The notes under the pieces were generated by a model. It searched no databases and had not been told where the DNA came from. It saw nothing but the letters and a program-made list of their open reading frames with translations. Positions 10,852-21,909 of a DNA stretch of 64,000 bases are shown here, piece after piece. The stretch is taken from contig NIVC01001491.1 of the NCBI GenBank assembly GCA_002269645.1, positions 1 through 64,000 of the forward strand, given 5' to 3'. Position numbers and translations under genes: made by a program. Origin of the DNA: Macrostomum lignano (taxonomy: Eukaryota). Numbering within the stretch: the stretch's first letter is position 1; each line of letters starts with the position of its first letter.

Positions 10852-13800
10852 TCAGAGCGCCTCCTCAGACTCCGAGGCACCGCCGGGCAGTCGGGGGTCT
10901 CCATAAAGCAGGGCGGCCGCCCCGGGCCGCAGGGTCTCGGCCAGGCTGACCAGCCTGCGGACTTCGGCAGGCGAGCAGCCCAGCTGGGCCACTGCGGCGG
11001 GGATTCTGTCCGGCAGGCGGTCGGTCAGGTGGAGCAGCAGGCGAGCCTGTTTGGCCCTGCGCTGCTGGAACAGGCGGAGCTGGGCTGCCTGACCGGCTGA
11101 CAGGGACAACAACCGGTGTACCAGGGGCTGCACCTGGGGAGAAACAGTGGATAAGATAGTAAGGGTGGAGGAGACATGCACGGAGACACGTAGGGAGAAG
11201 TCACGCAGGGAGGAGACACGCAGGGAGAAGACACGCAGGGAAGAGACTTGCAGGGGGAAGACACGCAGGGAGGAGACACGCAGGGAGAAGACACGCAGGG
11301 AGGAGACATGAACAGAGAAGACACGCAGGGAGGAGGCACGCAGGGAGGAGACACGCAGGGAGGAGGCACGCAGGGAGGAGACACGCAGGGAGGAGACACG
11401 CAGGGAGGAGACACGCAGGGAGGAGACACGCAGGGAGGAGACACGCAGGGAGGAGGCACGCAGGGAGGAGACACGCAGGGAGGAGACACGCAGGGAGGAG
11501 ACACGCAGGGAGGAGACACGCAGGGAAGAGACTTGCAGGGGGAAGACATGCAGGGAGGAGACACGCAGGGAGAAGACACGCAGGGAGGAGACATGAACAG
11601 AGAAGACACGCAGGGAGGAGGCACGCAGGGAGGAGACACGCAGGGAGGAGACACGCAGGGAGGAGACACGCAGGGAGGAGACACGCAGGGAGGAGACACG
11701 CAGGGAGGAGACACGCAGGGAGGAGACACGCAGGGAGGAGACACGCAGGGAGGAGACACGCAGGGAGGAGACACGCAGGGAGGAGACACGCAGGGAGAAG
11801 ACACATAGGGAGGAGACACTCACGGACAGAGGCGGCTCACCTCGGAGTGTCCGGCAGCGGCCGGGGAGGCGGCAGCGAGGCCGGTCACGAGGCCAGCCTG
11901 AGAGAACCGGCGCCGCTCGCCGCCGCAAAGCAGGGCGCGCCGTTCGCAGTAGCGCGCCAGCGAGTGCAGCGGCTGCAGGCAGCAGCGCCTGACACTGCGG
12001 TCTCGCAGCTGAACGATGCACAGCGGTCTTGGCGAGGCCAGGCAGTGGCCGGGCGAGCACACGGACTCCGTCACTGCTAATCCGGATTTCAAACCCGACG
12101 GCTCGGAGGGGTGGCCAGAGCCAGATGTGGAGGTTGGGGAGCTGGGGGAGCCTTGGGTGGACGGAGCTGCACCCTGCATTGTGGTGGGGTGACAGTCTGA
12201 TGGATTGCTAATCTGTCTGATGGATTGCTAATCTGTGTGTCTGATGGATTGCTAATCTGTCTGATGGATTGCTAATCTGTGTGTCTGATGGATTGCTAAT
12301 CTGTGTGTCTGATGGATTGCTAATCTGTGTCTGATGGATTGCTAATCTGTGTGTCTGATGGATTGCTAATCTGTGTGTCTGATGGATTGCTAATCTGTGT
12401 CTGATGGATTGCTAATCTGTGTGTCTGATGGATTGCTAATCTGTGTGTCTGATGGATTGCTAATCTGTCTGATGGATTGCTAATCTGTCTGATGGATTGC
12501 TAATCTGTGTGTCTGATGGATTGCTAATCTGTCTGATGGATTGCTAATCTGTGTGTCTGATGGATTGCTAATCTGTGTGTCTGATGGATTGCTAATCTGT
12601 GTCTGATGGATTGCTAATCTGTGTGTCTGATGGATTGCTAATCTGTCTGATGGATTGCTAATCTGTGTCTGATGGATTGCTAATCTGTGTGTCTGATGGA
12701 TTGCTAATCTGTGTCTGATGGATTGCTAATCTGTGTGTCTGATGGATTGCTAATCTGTGTGTCTGATGGATTGCTAATCTGTCTGATGGATTGCTAATCT
12801 GTGTCTGATGGATTGCTAATCTGTGTCTGATGGATTGCTAATCTGTGTCTGATGGATTGCTAATCTGTGTGTCTGATGGATTGCTAATCTGTCTGATGGA
12901 TTGCTAATCTGTCTGATGGATTGCTAATCTGTGTGTCTGATGGATTGCTAATCTGTCTGATGGATTGCTAATCTGTCTGATGGATTGCTAATCTGTGTGT
13001 CTGATGGATTGCTAATCTGTCTGATGGATTGCTAATCTGTCTGATGGATTGCTAATCTGTGTGTCTGATGGATTGCTAATCTGTGTGTCTGATGGATTGC
13101 TAATCTGTCTGATGGATTGCTAATCTGTCTGATGGATTGCTAATCTGTCTGATGGATTGCTAATCTGTCTGATGGATTGCTAATCTGTGTGTCTGATGGA
13201 TTGCTAATCTGTGTGTCTGATGGATTGCTAATCTGTCTGATGGATTGCTAATCTGTCTGATGGATTGCTAATCTGTGTGTCTGATGGATTGCTAATCTGT
13301 GTCTGATGGATTGCTAATCTGTGTCTGATGGATTGCTAATCTCTGCCTGGTGGATTGCTAATCTGTGTCTGATAGAATCTTCACAGCGGACTGCTAGGCC
13401 ACCTAATCAGTCACATTGAATCACCTGCAGGAAGAAGTGGCCCCCGCTATCCGATCCGCCCATCCCGACGCCGCCGCCACCGAAATCCTCTGGAGCTGCC
13501 ACCAGCGCAGAGCAGGCCCTCTCAGCCGGAGTATTAAACAGCGCCAGGGTCATCAGCATCAGATTCACTCGCTCCCGATCCCGACCAATCACCAGGCTGC
13601 GACCTTGAGCGCTCAGGTGACCTTCGATGGCTCGGGCCAGAAATGACGGTTCAACATTGCGATCCGGAGCCAAGGCGGTGCGGCAGAGGGGCACGGGCTC
13701 GGGCAGGCGTCCGGCCTCCAGCTGCTCTGTGAGCTCGGCAAACCGCTCGATCAGTGTGCCATAGTCACTGAGTGCCTGCTGCAGGCCCTGTGGCATAGTT

Positions 13801-15142
13801 TCAGTTGATGTGTGGCTGAGGATCTGAGGTTGGCAGCCCAGCAACTGAGGATCTGAGACGCTGGTTGTCCAGCAACTGAGGATCTGGGAGGTTGGTTGCC
13901 CAGCAACTGAGGATCTGGGAGGCTGATTGCCCAGCAACTGAGGATCTGGGAGGCTGATTGCCCAGCAACTGAGGATCTGGGAGGCTGATTGCCCAGCAAC
14001 TGAGGATCTGGGAGGCTGGTTGCCCAGCAACTGAGGATCTGGGAGGCTGGCCCAGCAACTGAGGATCTGGGAGGCTTGTGGTCCAGCAACTGAGGATCGG
14101 GGAGGCTGGTTGCCCAGCAACTGAGGATCGGGGAGGCTGGTTGCCCAGCAACTGAGGATCGGGGAGGCTGGTTGCCCAGCAAATAAGGATCTGGGAGGCT
14201 GGCCCAGCAACTAAGGATCTGGGAGGCTGGCCCAGCAACTAAGGATCTGGGAGGCTTATGGCGCAGCAACAGAGGATCTGGGAGGCTTGTGGTCCAGCAA
14301 CTGAGGATCTGGGAGGCTGGTTGCCCAGCAAATAAGGATCTGGGAGGCTGGTTGCCCAGCAAATAAGGATCTGGGAGGCTGACCGAGCAACTGAGGATCT
14401 GGGAGGCTGAAGGCCCAGCAACTGAGGATTTGGGAGGCTGGCCCAGCAACTGAGGATCTGGGAGGCTGGTTGCCCAGCAACTGAGGATCTGCGAGGCTGG
14501 TTGCCCAGCAACTGAAGATCTGGGAGGCTGGCCCAGCAACTGAAGATCTGGGAGGCTGGCCCAGCAACTGAAGATCTGGGAGGCTGGTTGCCCAGCAACT
14601 GAAGATCTGGGAGGCCCCTCTATTGAGAATCTGGTTAAGGTCTTGGCTACTAAGCTACAAAAGTACCCTGTCAGTACCAGTCTGTGCCTCGCTCTCAGCA
14701 GGTGCAAATTCCTATCGAAGAAGTCGCAGACCAGCGGTCGCCAGGGCAAGCAGAACTGGGCGTACCCAGCCTGGGGGAACACCAGGACAAACGCTGTTGC
14801 GGCTGGAACAGCTGCAGCATGATCAGCTGAGCTGGTGAAGCAGCCAAAGGAATCGTAGGTGAAGGAGAACAGCGACACGGACAGAGCTGGCAGGTGCAGC
14901 AGCTGATGGGCAATTCTCCTGCAGTCAGCATTGCTAGCAGGCTGAGCCACTCGACAGCTCAAACAGATTTTGCTGAGCTGCTGATAGAGCTGACGGGTGT
15001 GCTCAGACTGCCACGTGCCTGGCTTGCACCAGGTGTGCAGGAGGCTGGGCCCTAGGACGTCAGACCAGGCACAGAGGAAGGCACCTGATAAGCAGCACTC
15101 TTCATCAATAATCTCTTCAACTGATGGTTCAGTTGGCAGCAT
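10852..15142 (-). CDS. C9orf72: C9orf72 orthologue (DENN-like GTPase regulator). Exons: 15142-14678 (alt. end 14667), 13823 (alt. 13815)-13425, 12173-11841, 11133-10852; ~492 aa
   Basis: AFLCAWSDVLGPSLLHTW resembles human ATFAYWDNILGPRVRHIW. FLARAIEGHLSAQGRSLVIGRDRERVNLMLMTLALFNTPAERACS resembles FLLNAISSHLQTCGCSVVVGSSAEKVNKIVRTLCLFLTPAERKCS. The spliced junction FFLQ|G resembles LFVQG. LVSLAETLRPGAAALLYG resembles IMALAEKIKPGLHSFIFG. GT-AG sites are phase-compatible. Confidence 0.93.
11168..11822. repeat. 15-bp minisatellite (GACACGCAGGGAGGA)n filling C9orf72 intron 3
   Basis: Tandem periodicity between exon boundaries 11133 and 11841. Confidence 0.95.
12195..13378. repeat. 20-24-bp minisatellite (CTGATGGATTGCTAATCT(GT)1-3)n filling C9orf72 intron 2
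   Basis: Tandem periodicity with a variable internal GT count. Confidence 0.95.
13815..14605. repeat. 27/31-bp minisatellite (CCCAGCAACTGAGGATCTGGGAGGCTGGTTG)n filling C9orf72 intron 1
   Basis: Units start at 13930, 13961 and 13992 (31-bp spacing); shorter 27-bp variants also occur. Confidence 0.95.
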
Positions 15143-15219
15143 TGAATTTGCAGTTCTATTGAAAGCTGAAAACACTTTTTTGAGACAATGAGGCAATCAA
15201 CTTAAAATAATATTACCAT

Positions 15220-15331
15220 CAGGGGCGGATTTTAGGGTGGGGCGGGGCCACTTCCTGAAATAGATTGAGGGAACATATTGCGCCCACCAAAAACCAAAGT
15301 TTGCGCCCTTGAACTTCTAGATCCGCCACTA
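15220..15331. mobile_element. Possible short MITE just upstream of C9orf72
   Basis: Imperfect terminal inverted repeat CAGGGGCGGATTTTAG ... CTAGATCCGCCACT; no TSD recognised. Confidence 0.35.
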
Positions 15332-15337
15332 ACTAGC

Positions 15338-16990
15338 TTATATTAATGAATGAGAGAACAAAGACTTCAGCGGGATATTGGTGGACAGAGACACAGCATC
15401 AAAACTGAAAAGTCTGTCAGCAGAACCGGCAGTGATTTCGGTAAGGCATTCAAGAAATTCACGACTAGAGGAAACTCTAAATTCATGAGGGATGACGGGC
15501 TTGATAAGAGAATCAAGGGACCTAGCAAGTTCATACTCAGCGGTAGCCACACTTGTGGACTTTGCACAAACTGTAGAGCTGACCGTTGGCTACCAGGAGC
15601 AATACGCTTAAAATTATCAGGACCAACGTGAGGCTTAACGTTTGTTCTAAGGAACGTTTGCAGAGATCTCTCGCTTTTAAGCACGGGATGCATCAACAAT
15701 CAACATGACCTCAACCATCCCAAGGCAATGGAATTTCTGACCATCATGCACCATATTTTCAAGCTTGTCAATGTAATCAGTACTATCCATAATGGCAACA
15801 CCATAGCCTTTGTCATAACTAACAACTTTGATACTATCATTTTTCTTCAGTTTGCTCATTGCTTGGTGAAAAAGTCTATTTCTAATCGAGTTAACATAAC
15901 CCTGAGCATTATAGAGAAAACGATCAAATTCAGAAATCAATTGATGCCAAAAGCTATCAGGTGCCAGAACCTTTTTACCCAGCAGGTCTTTCGATTGGAG
16001 GCACCTACTCACCCCGGAGTCGATTTTGGCCATGCTGCAGAGTTTTTAGTTTTGTGATAGGTTACAAAGGTTACAATACAAGGTTACAACAAAGGTTACA
16101 ACATAGGTTACAATAGCTGACTACTGACCTGGTTTACGAGTGCCCGGATCATCCGCCTTTTCAGAAGACTATCTTTAAAAAGATGCTTGGGTTTGCCACC
16201 TCTGGTACCTTTCTGTTCGGGGATAGGTACTACAAGCAAATTGATGACAGTGCCATGGGCAGCCCTCTTGCCCCACCCTGGCTAATCTTTGCATGGCTTA
16301 TTGGGAAAAAGACTGGATAGCCCTCCCATGTGCCCCTCAGTTTTACAAACAATATGTGGATGATTTGAAACTGTTGCATGATGAGGTGAAACAGCTTACT
16401 GGCCATCTCATTGGGAATTCTTACCCCAGGAACTATGTGTCTTGCATTTTGAACCAGTTTTTAAATAACAAGCTGAAAAATCAAAAGAACACTCACTGAA
16501 GACAATGCTAAAATGCCCTACAATTGTGTTGCCATTTTGGCCTGTGCTCTATTGATTTTAAGAAAAATTTGAAAACTGTTCAAAAAAGCATCAATGTTCA
16601 GCTTAGGATCATGTTTCACAAAGAGAAGGTGTCCCAGTATGCTTGCAACTTGAAGTCCCATGTGCCTTGACCTTTTAATGCAAGTTTTGTTTATAAGTTT
16701 CATTGCTCTAGTGACCAAAGTATTTTGTACATCAGAAAAACTAAGGGTATCATGGGGTCAGCTACCAACTTAGCATGTTTTAACTTGGAATGTATACCAC
16801 TGCACCATTTGCTCTCTCTCCCCTATTTGAACTTGTTTCAACTGAGAACTATGTATATTTAATTTATATTATTCATTTAACTAAATACATGTACATTTAT
16901 TTTATTGTTAATTCAATTTTCATTTTTTATTACTGCCCTGATGATGACCTATATCTATAAGGGTTGAAATACATTGGCCATAAAATAAAA
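15338..16990 (+). mobile_element. Degenerate Penelope-like element (RT + GIY-YIG) with an inverted 5' segment
   Basis: Minus strand 16033->15338: SYDKGYGVAIMDSTDY and FDAVSLSTNIPL. Plus strand from ~16130: YYKQIDDSAMGSPLAP, QYVDD, then GIY-YIG-like VYKFHCSSDQSILYI at ~16685-16740. A-rich 3' end. Confidence 0.85.
16934..16980 (+). ncRNA. Candidate minimal type-I hammerhead ribozyme at the Penelope 3' end
   Basis: GCC-CTGATGA-T-GACC..GGTT-GAAA-TACATT-GGC: core CUGAUGA/GAAA, stem I GCC/GGC, stem II GACC/GGUU, very short stem III, AUU triplet. Confidence 0.6.
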
Positions 16991-18102
16991 GAAAATAAAA
17001 GAAAAGAAAAAGAAAAACAAGTTAATGTTTGTTCTTTCATTCATTCTGTTCTTAATCTTATCTATTAAGCAAGCTACTCTTAGTAGAGCTTATATTAAAT
17101 ATAAGTATTATAATTAAGTAGAGCTTATATTAAAGTTAAACTAACATTATTAATATTATTGTCTAACATAAACTAGTAAGTTATTAATATTATTATTGTA
17201 GGCCAATAACATTTAGGAGAATATCTTAAAATTTAATTCTTTAAAAAACAAAAAAAATTTTATTACTAGTGTCATAAAAATATACATCAAGAATCAGTAT
17301 TTATTAAAATAATTTATGGTTGTCATTCATATCTGTAACACAGATAAAGTCTATCTTATTGTTAGATTTAAAAGCATAATGAAGGCTAAAATATTATAAA
17401 ACTTGTAGTCACAGCTACAAAGTTTATATTTGCACAAATTGATATATTTATATACAAAGTATATATGACTTGAAAACAAAAAATTTAAACGTAATCCTGC
17501 TTGAACTGTAAATATTGGGCTTTCTATGTATTGGTTTCCCGACAGACATTCAGACAGACATTCAGAAATCGTTCATTAAATGTTTAACAAAATTGTCTAT
17601 TTATTACGCAAGATACTGTGAATTTATAGAAACTTTTACGCATGTCTCTGCTTTAAAAAGACACCTCAGACACACACAAAGACGCTTCACAAGCTGAGAT
17701 ATTCCCTAGCAACTGTTGTTACGACGTTTCCCAATATACCGAATACTGTATATAGTAGTTTTTTGAGAAGCCGCTACATCGTCCCACTTTGGTCTTTCTG
17801 CATGAAATTTGCACAGCTGTTTTACGCATGTCTCTGCTTTAAAAAGACACCTCAGACACACACAAAGACGCTTCACAAGCTGAGATATTCCCTAGCAACT
17901 GTTGTTACGACGTTTCCCAATATACCGAATACTGTATATAGTAGTTTTTTGAGAAGCCGCTACATCGTCCCACTTTGGTCTTTCTGCATGAAATTTGCAC
18001 AGCTGTTTTACGCATGTCTCTGCTTTAAAAAGACACCTCAGACACACACAAAGACGCTTCACAAGCTGAGATATTCCCTAGCAAATGTTTTTACGACATT
18101 TT

Positions 18103-18200
18103 GATGAGGACGCACTTTTTCCCAAATCCCGCGCTAGCACATGGGCTCTAAACTTACTAGCCTACTGACAGCAGGCTAAGGGCATTTTTATTCTCTTTTA
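18103..18200 (+). mobile_element. ~100-bp 5' fragment of the TGATG...CATCA LTR family inside the left TIR of the foldback element
   Basis: Near-identical to the reverse complement of 28240-28333, then diverges. Confidence 0.7.
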
Positions 18201-18874
18201 TCTTTTATCGAGATAGCAAATTTGTCGAACGACTACCAGAATAAAGTAAGACCTGACTCTCAAAATGGCAAAGAAAGTTTGCGACTAAATTATGACTGGA
18301 GAGTATCAGGTATCACTTTAAGAAATTGATCTGCCTACCGCAGAAGCAAATGAGTCTCAAGCCGATTCGCAATTGACAACTCCGACAAGGGTAAGCGAAA
18401 TCGCCCACCGAACAACTGCAGAACGTGCAAACGCCAAAGACAGGCGCCAAACGTCGGAAAAGTGATCACTTTGCTAAACAGTGCACATTAGTAAAATCGA
18501 ACAGAATTAATGTTATCGACTCAGACGATGGGGTAATCCCGTCAGCAACTGAGAATCAAACTACAGAAAATAAGCATCAAAACATTTCGTGTAACGAAAC
18601 ATAAAACACCCCATAAATATCACGTCAGACTTGATCCGCGATAACTGCATTGTCCCTTTCTTTATTCAACACAGTCAGCATTTTATGCATCAAGTCTGGC
18701 GCAATCGGAGCAAACATTTGCCGTGCTTTTCCAGCTGTTCCAACAGATTTTGTGGTACCAAAAGAGGCAGGAGGGGCATTCAATCTAAAATGATGCAGAA
18801 AAGGTCTTGCAAGCTGGTTGAATCCCTTACTGTTGTACATGTACATGTAAAATGCATGGGTATTTTACATCGCA

Positions 18875-19912
18875 TTAATTTACCCATTCGATTCGCTTCC
18901 TTCGGCCAGCGGGCTCCTCCAAGCCACAGAACCTGCAAATGGGTTGCTCAGTTTCTTCCATGAAATTAATCACAGTATTTTTAATGTGCTGGCGAGCGGC
19001 GCTCAATTTCTGCGCAGTGAACGCAGACAACACAGTGCACTTATCAAGAAACAAATTGCGGCCAAATAAGCAGGTCAGAACGCCACATGAAAACGTATCT
19101 TTTTGCTGGGTGCACATTCTTACTACACTTCTAAACTTTCTACCCCCAAGGTGCTCCATCTGCTCAGGGAGAAACGTAGAAGCAGCTGAAGAAGCAAGGA
19201 GCTCACTAAAATTAGAAAATGGCACGTAAGTTCAGTTAATATGCCTTGCAAATTTCAAAGCCCCCCTTCTCGTGTACATTTTACCTACTTCAATTTGGCA
19301 GTATAGTTCAATGCCAGTTGCTTTCTTCTGTCACTCCGACGTATGGAGTCCAGATAGTGCACTGTGAGATCGTCGAAGAACACAGCCAAAAGCCAAAAAT
19401 GGCTTTGCGTAAGCATCGGGACCAGAATTTTCTTCACTGTCTAAAATTTTTTATAATTAATTCTTCAGAATTATAGAATTGTTGCAGGATTGTTCCACCT
19501 CTCATGTGGATATCAACTATACTCGTAGCAATGGTCGATGGTGAAACCAACATCAGATTAAAAGTTAAAATTTCACATTATGCTTACCGCTCGACCAAGG
19601 AAATAGTTCCGAAGAGATTCAATGTGCTGAGAGCCTTTGCTACCACCGTCTAGCAAGGAAAGAAAATCGCTCTGCTGCATAGCAACTCCATCTGCTCCGC
19701 TAGCAATTGCAGCCAAGTAGCCGTACACAACCTGATAATATTTTTAATACCTTCTACACATTAAATTACGTACATACCGTAATGCTATGACGCAAAGCAC
19801 TTCCTACAAATTTCTTACCGCATAGTCCAGCCAGTTCGTACCATTGAGTGACGCTAATTGCTCTTCTGAAATTGGCGTTCCTCTTACATCTCGTAGAGCC
19901 GAAATTTTTGAG
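18875..19912 (-). CDS. Ulp1/SENP-family (peptidase C48) SUMO-protease-like gene inside the foldback element. Exons ~19912-19819, 19731-19588, 19440-19289, 19205-18875; 5' end uncertain
   Basis: The spliced product reads LASLNGTNWLDYA|VVYGYL...KILVPMLTQSHFWLLAV..VHYLDS...QQKDTFSCGVLTCLF, giving His, Asp, Gln and Cys in C48 order. Canonical gtaaga/gtaagc/gtaggt donors and ttag/tcag acceptors are in matching phases. A CxxC..EW (PHD-like start) follows. Confidence 0.85.
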
Positions 19913-19914
19913 CT

Positions 19915-20330
19915 GGGCGGTTGCTGAGAGTCGCGTGGCAGTTGCTGAGAGTCGCATGGCGGTTGCTGAGAGTCGCGTGGCAGTTGCTGAGAGTCGCATG
20001 GCGGTTGCTGAGAGTCGCGTGGCGGTTGCTGAGAGTCGCGTGGCGGTTGCTGAGAGTCGCGTGGCGGTTGCTGAGAGTCGCGTGGCGGTTGCTGAGACTC
20101 GCGTGGCGGTTGCTGAGAGTCGCGTGGCGGTTGCTGAGAGTCGCGTGGCGGTTGCTGAGAGTCGCGTGGCGGTTGCTGAGAGTCGCGTGGCGGTTGCTGA
20201 GAGTCGCGTGGCGGTTGCTGAGAGTCGCGTGGCGGTTGCTGAGACTCGCGTGGCGGTTGCTGAGAGTCGCGTGGCGGTTGCTGAGAGTCGCGTGGCGGTT
20301 GCTGAGAGTCGCGTGGCGGTTGCTGAGAGT
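19915..20330. repeat. 21-bp minisatellite (GGCGGTTGCTGAGAGTCGCGT)n, ~20 copies
   Basis: Tandem periodicity; reads (SQQPPRD)n in frame with the first Ulp1 exon. Confidence 0.95.
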
Positions 20331-21909
20331 AAAGTGCTTCAGATCGGTAGAAGGCAAATACAAGTATAACGTACATTCCATGCCGGTGTCCAAATGCAAG
20401 TTAGATATGAGCATGCCTTCAGGCAACCGTTGCTAGGGAATATCTCAGCTTGTGAAGCGTCTTTGTGTGTGTCTGAGGTGTCTTTTTAAAGCAGAGACAT
20501 GCGTAAAACAGCTGTGCAAATTTCATGCAGAAAGACCAAAGTGGGACGATGTAGCGGCTTCTCAAAAAACTACTATATACAGTATTCGGTATATTGGGAA
20601 ACGTCGTAACAACAGTTGCTAGGGAATATCTCAGCTTGTGAAGCGTCTTTGTGTGTGTCTGAGGTGTCTTTTTAAAGCAGAGACATGCGTAAAACAGCTG
20701 TGCAAATTTCATGCAGAAAGACCAAAGTGGGACGATGTAGCGGCTTCTCAAAAAACTACTATATACAGTATTCGGTATATTGGGAAACGTCGTAACAACA
20801 GTTGCTAGGGAATATCTCAGCTTGTGAAGCGTCTTTGTGTGTGTCTGAGGTGTCTTTTTAAAGCAGAGACATGCGTAAAACAGCTGTGCAAATTTCATGC
20901 AGAAAGACCAAAGTGGGACGATGTAGCGGCTTCTCAAAAAACTACTATATACAGTATTCGGTATATTGGGAAACGTCGTAACAACAGTTGCTAGGGAATA
21001 TCTCAGCTTGTGAAGCGTCTTTGTGTGTGTCTGAGGTGTCTTTTTAAAGCAGAGACATGCGTAAAAGTTTCTATAAATTCACAGTATCTTGCGTAATAAA
21101 TAGACAATTTTGTTAAACATTTACTGAACGATTTCTGAATGTCTGTCTGAATGTCTGTCGGGAAACCAATACATGGGCTTTCTGAATGAATTAAAATGAT
21201 TTAGATTTAGTTTATGCCTATACTTAGAAATACACATGTTTTGCAAGGATCAACCATTAAAACGCATGTTAATTTAGTTCAAAGTCTTTCAAAAGATAAT
21301 ATATTTATTATGTTTCATGTTAACTTTAGGCCAAATTAAGCTGATAAAGATTAGGCACAATTTTAATTATCTTGGTTCTACTAAAAGTTTTAGGGAAACT
21401 GCAATTTCCACTTTTATTACTATTTACTATGAAATGAAGACAGCATTGACGAGGACGTTACTATACTAGTACGTGTGTGTGGTACATGCATGTATCTAAA
21501 AGTCTTCTTGGAAAACTTGTAATGAAATTATAAATCGATTTTAAATATTGATTATTGCAATTGTAGTAATATAATTCGTACGTTATTTTGTTAATCTTTA
21601 ATTTATACGAAATATTTTTAAATTAGAAAGATCGTCGCGCTGGGGTCCGGTTGACGGGCAACTTGTTGGATTTGGACTACTGGGTCGTGGGTTAGCGTAG
21701 CTTAGCATCCTTGAGATAACAGCTTTCATTTGCACCGTATTTTCAGTATTAGAGTCTCAGCCTTAGGTTGATATATTTCGCAAGCTATACTCAATGCCAA
21801 CTCAGATGATGTTGGAGATGCTAGTGCTGCATGGCAAAGTCAAAGGTCACAAAATCAGAATGGCAATAGTTCTGAGAACATTGTTCCTTCACAATTAGAA
21901 TCTATTGAT

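Larger units (their letters stand above)
17526..21174. mobile_element. Foldback/Mutator-like (MULE) element with long modular TIRs; no transposase seen
   Basis: 9-bp TSD GGGCTTTCT at 17517-17525 and 21175-21183. Termini ATGTATTGGTTTCCCGACAG / CTGTCGGGAAACCAATACAT. Arms (~17526-18095 and ~20430-21174) consist of ~115 bp unique sequence plus tandem 186-bp units in inverted orientation. Confidence 0.9.

Noticed and set aside
9114-14598. Long ORFs (571, 402, 264, 201, 186 aa etc.) over the tandem arrays
   Set aside because: They are translations of stop-free minisatellites; the real exons are defined by C9orf72 homology and splice sites.
18700-18900. Complete PHD finger after the Ulp1 domain
   Set aside because: Only CxxC..EWV is present; a stop follows and I found no spliced continuation supplying the remaining Cys/His.
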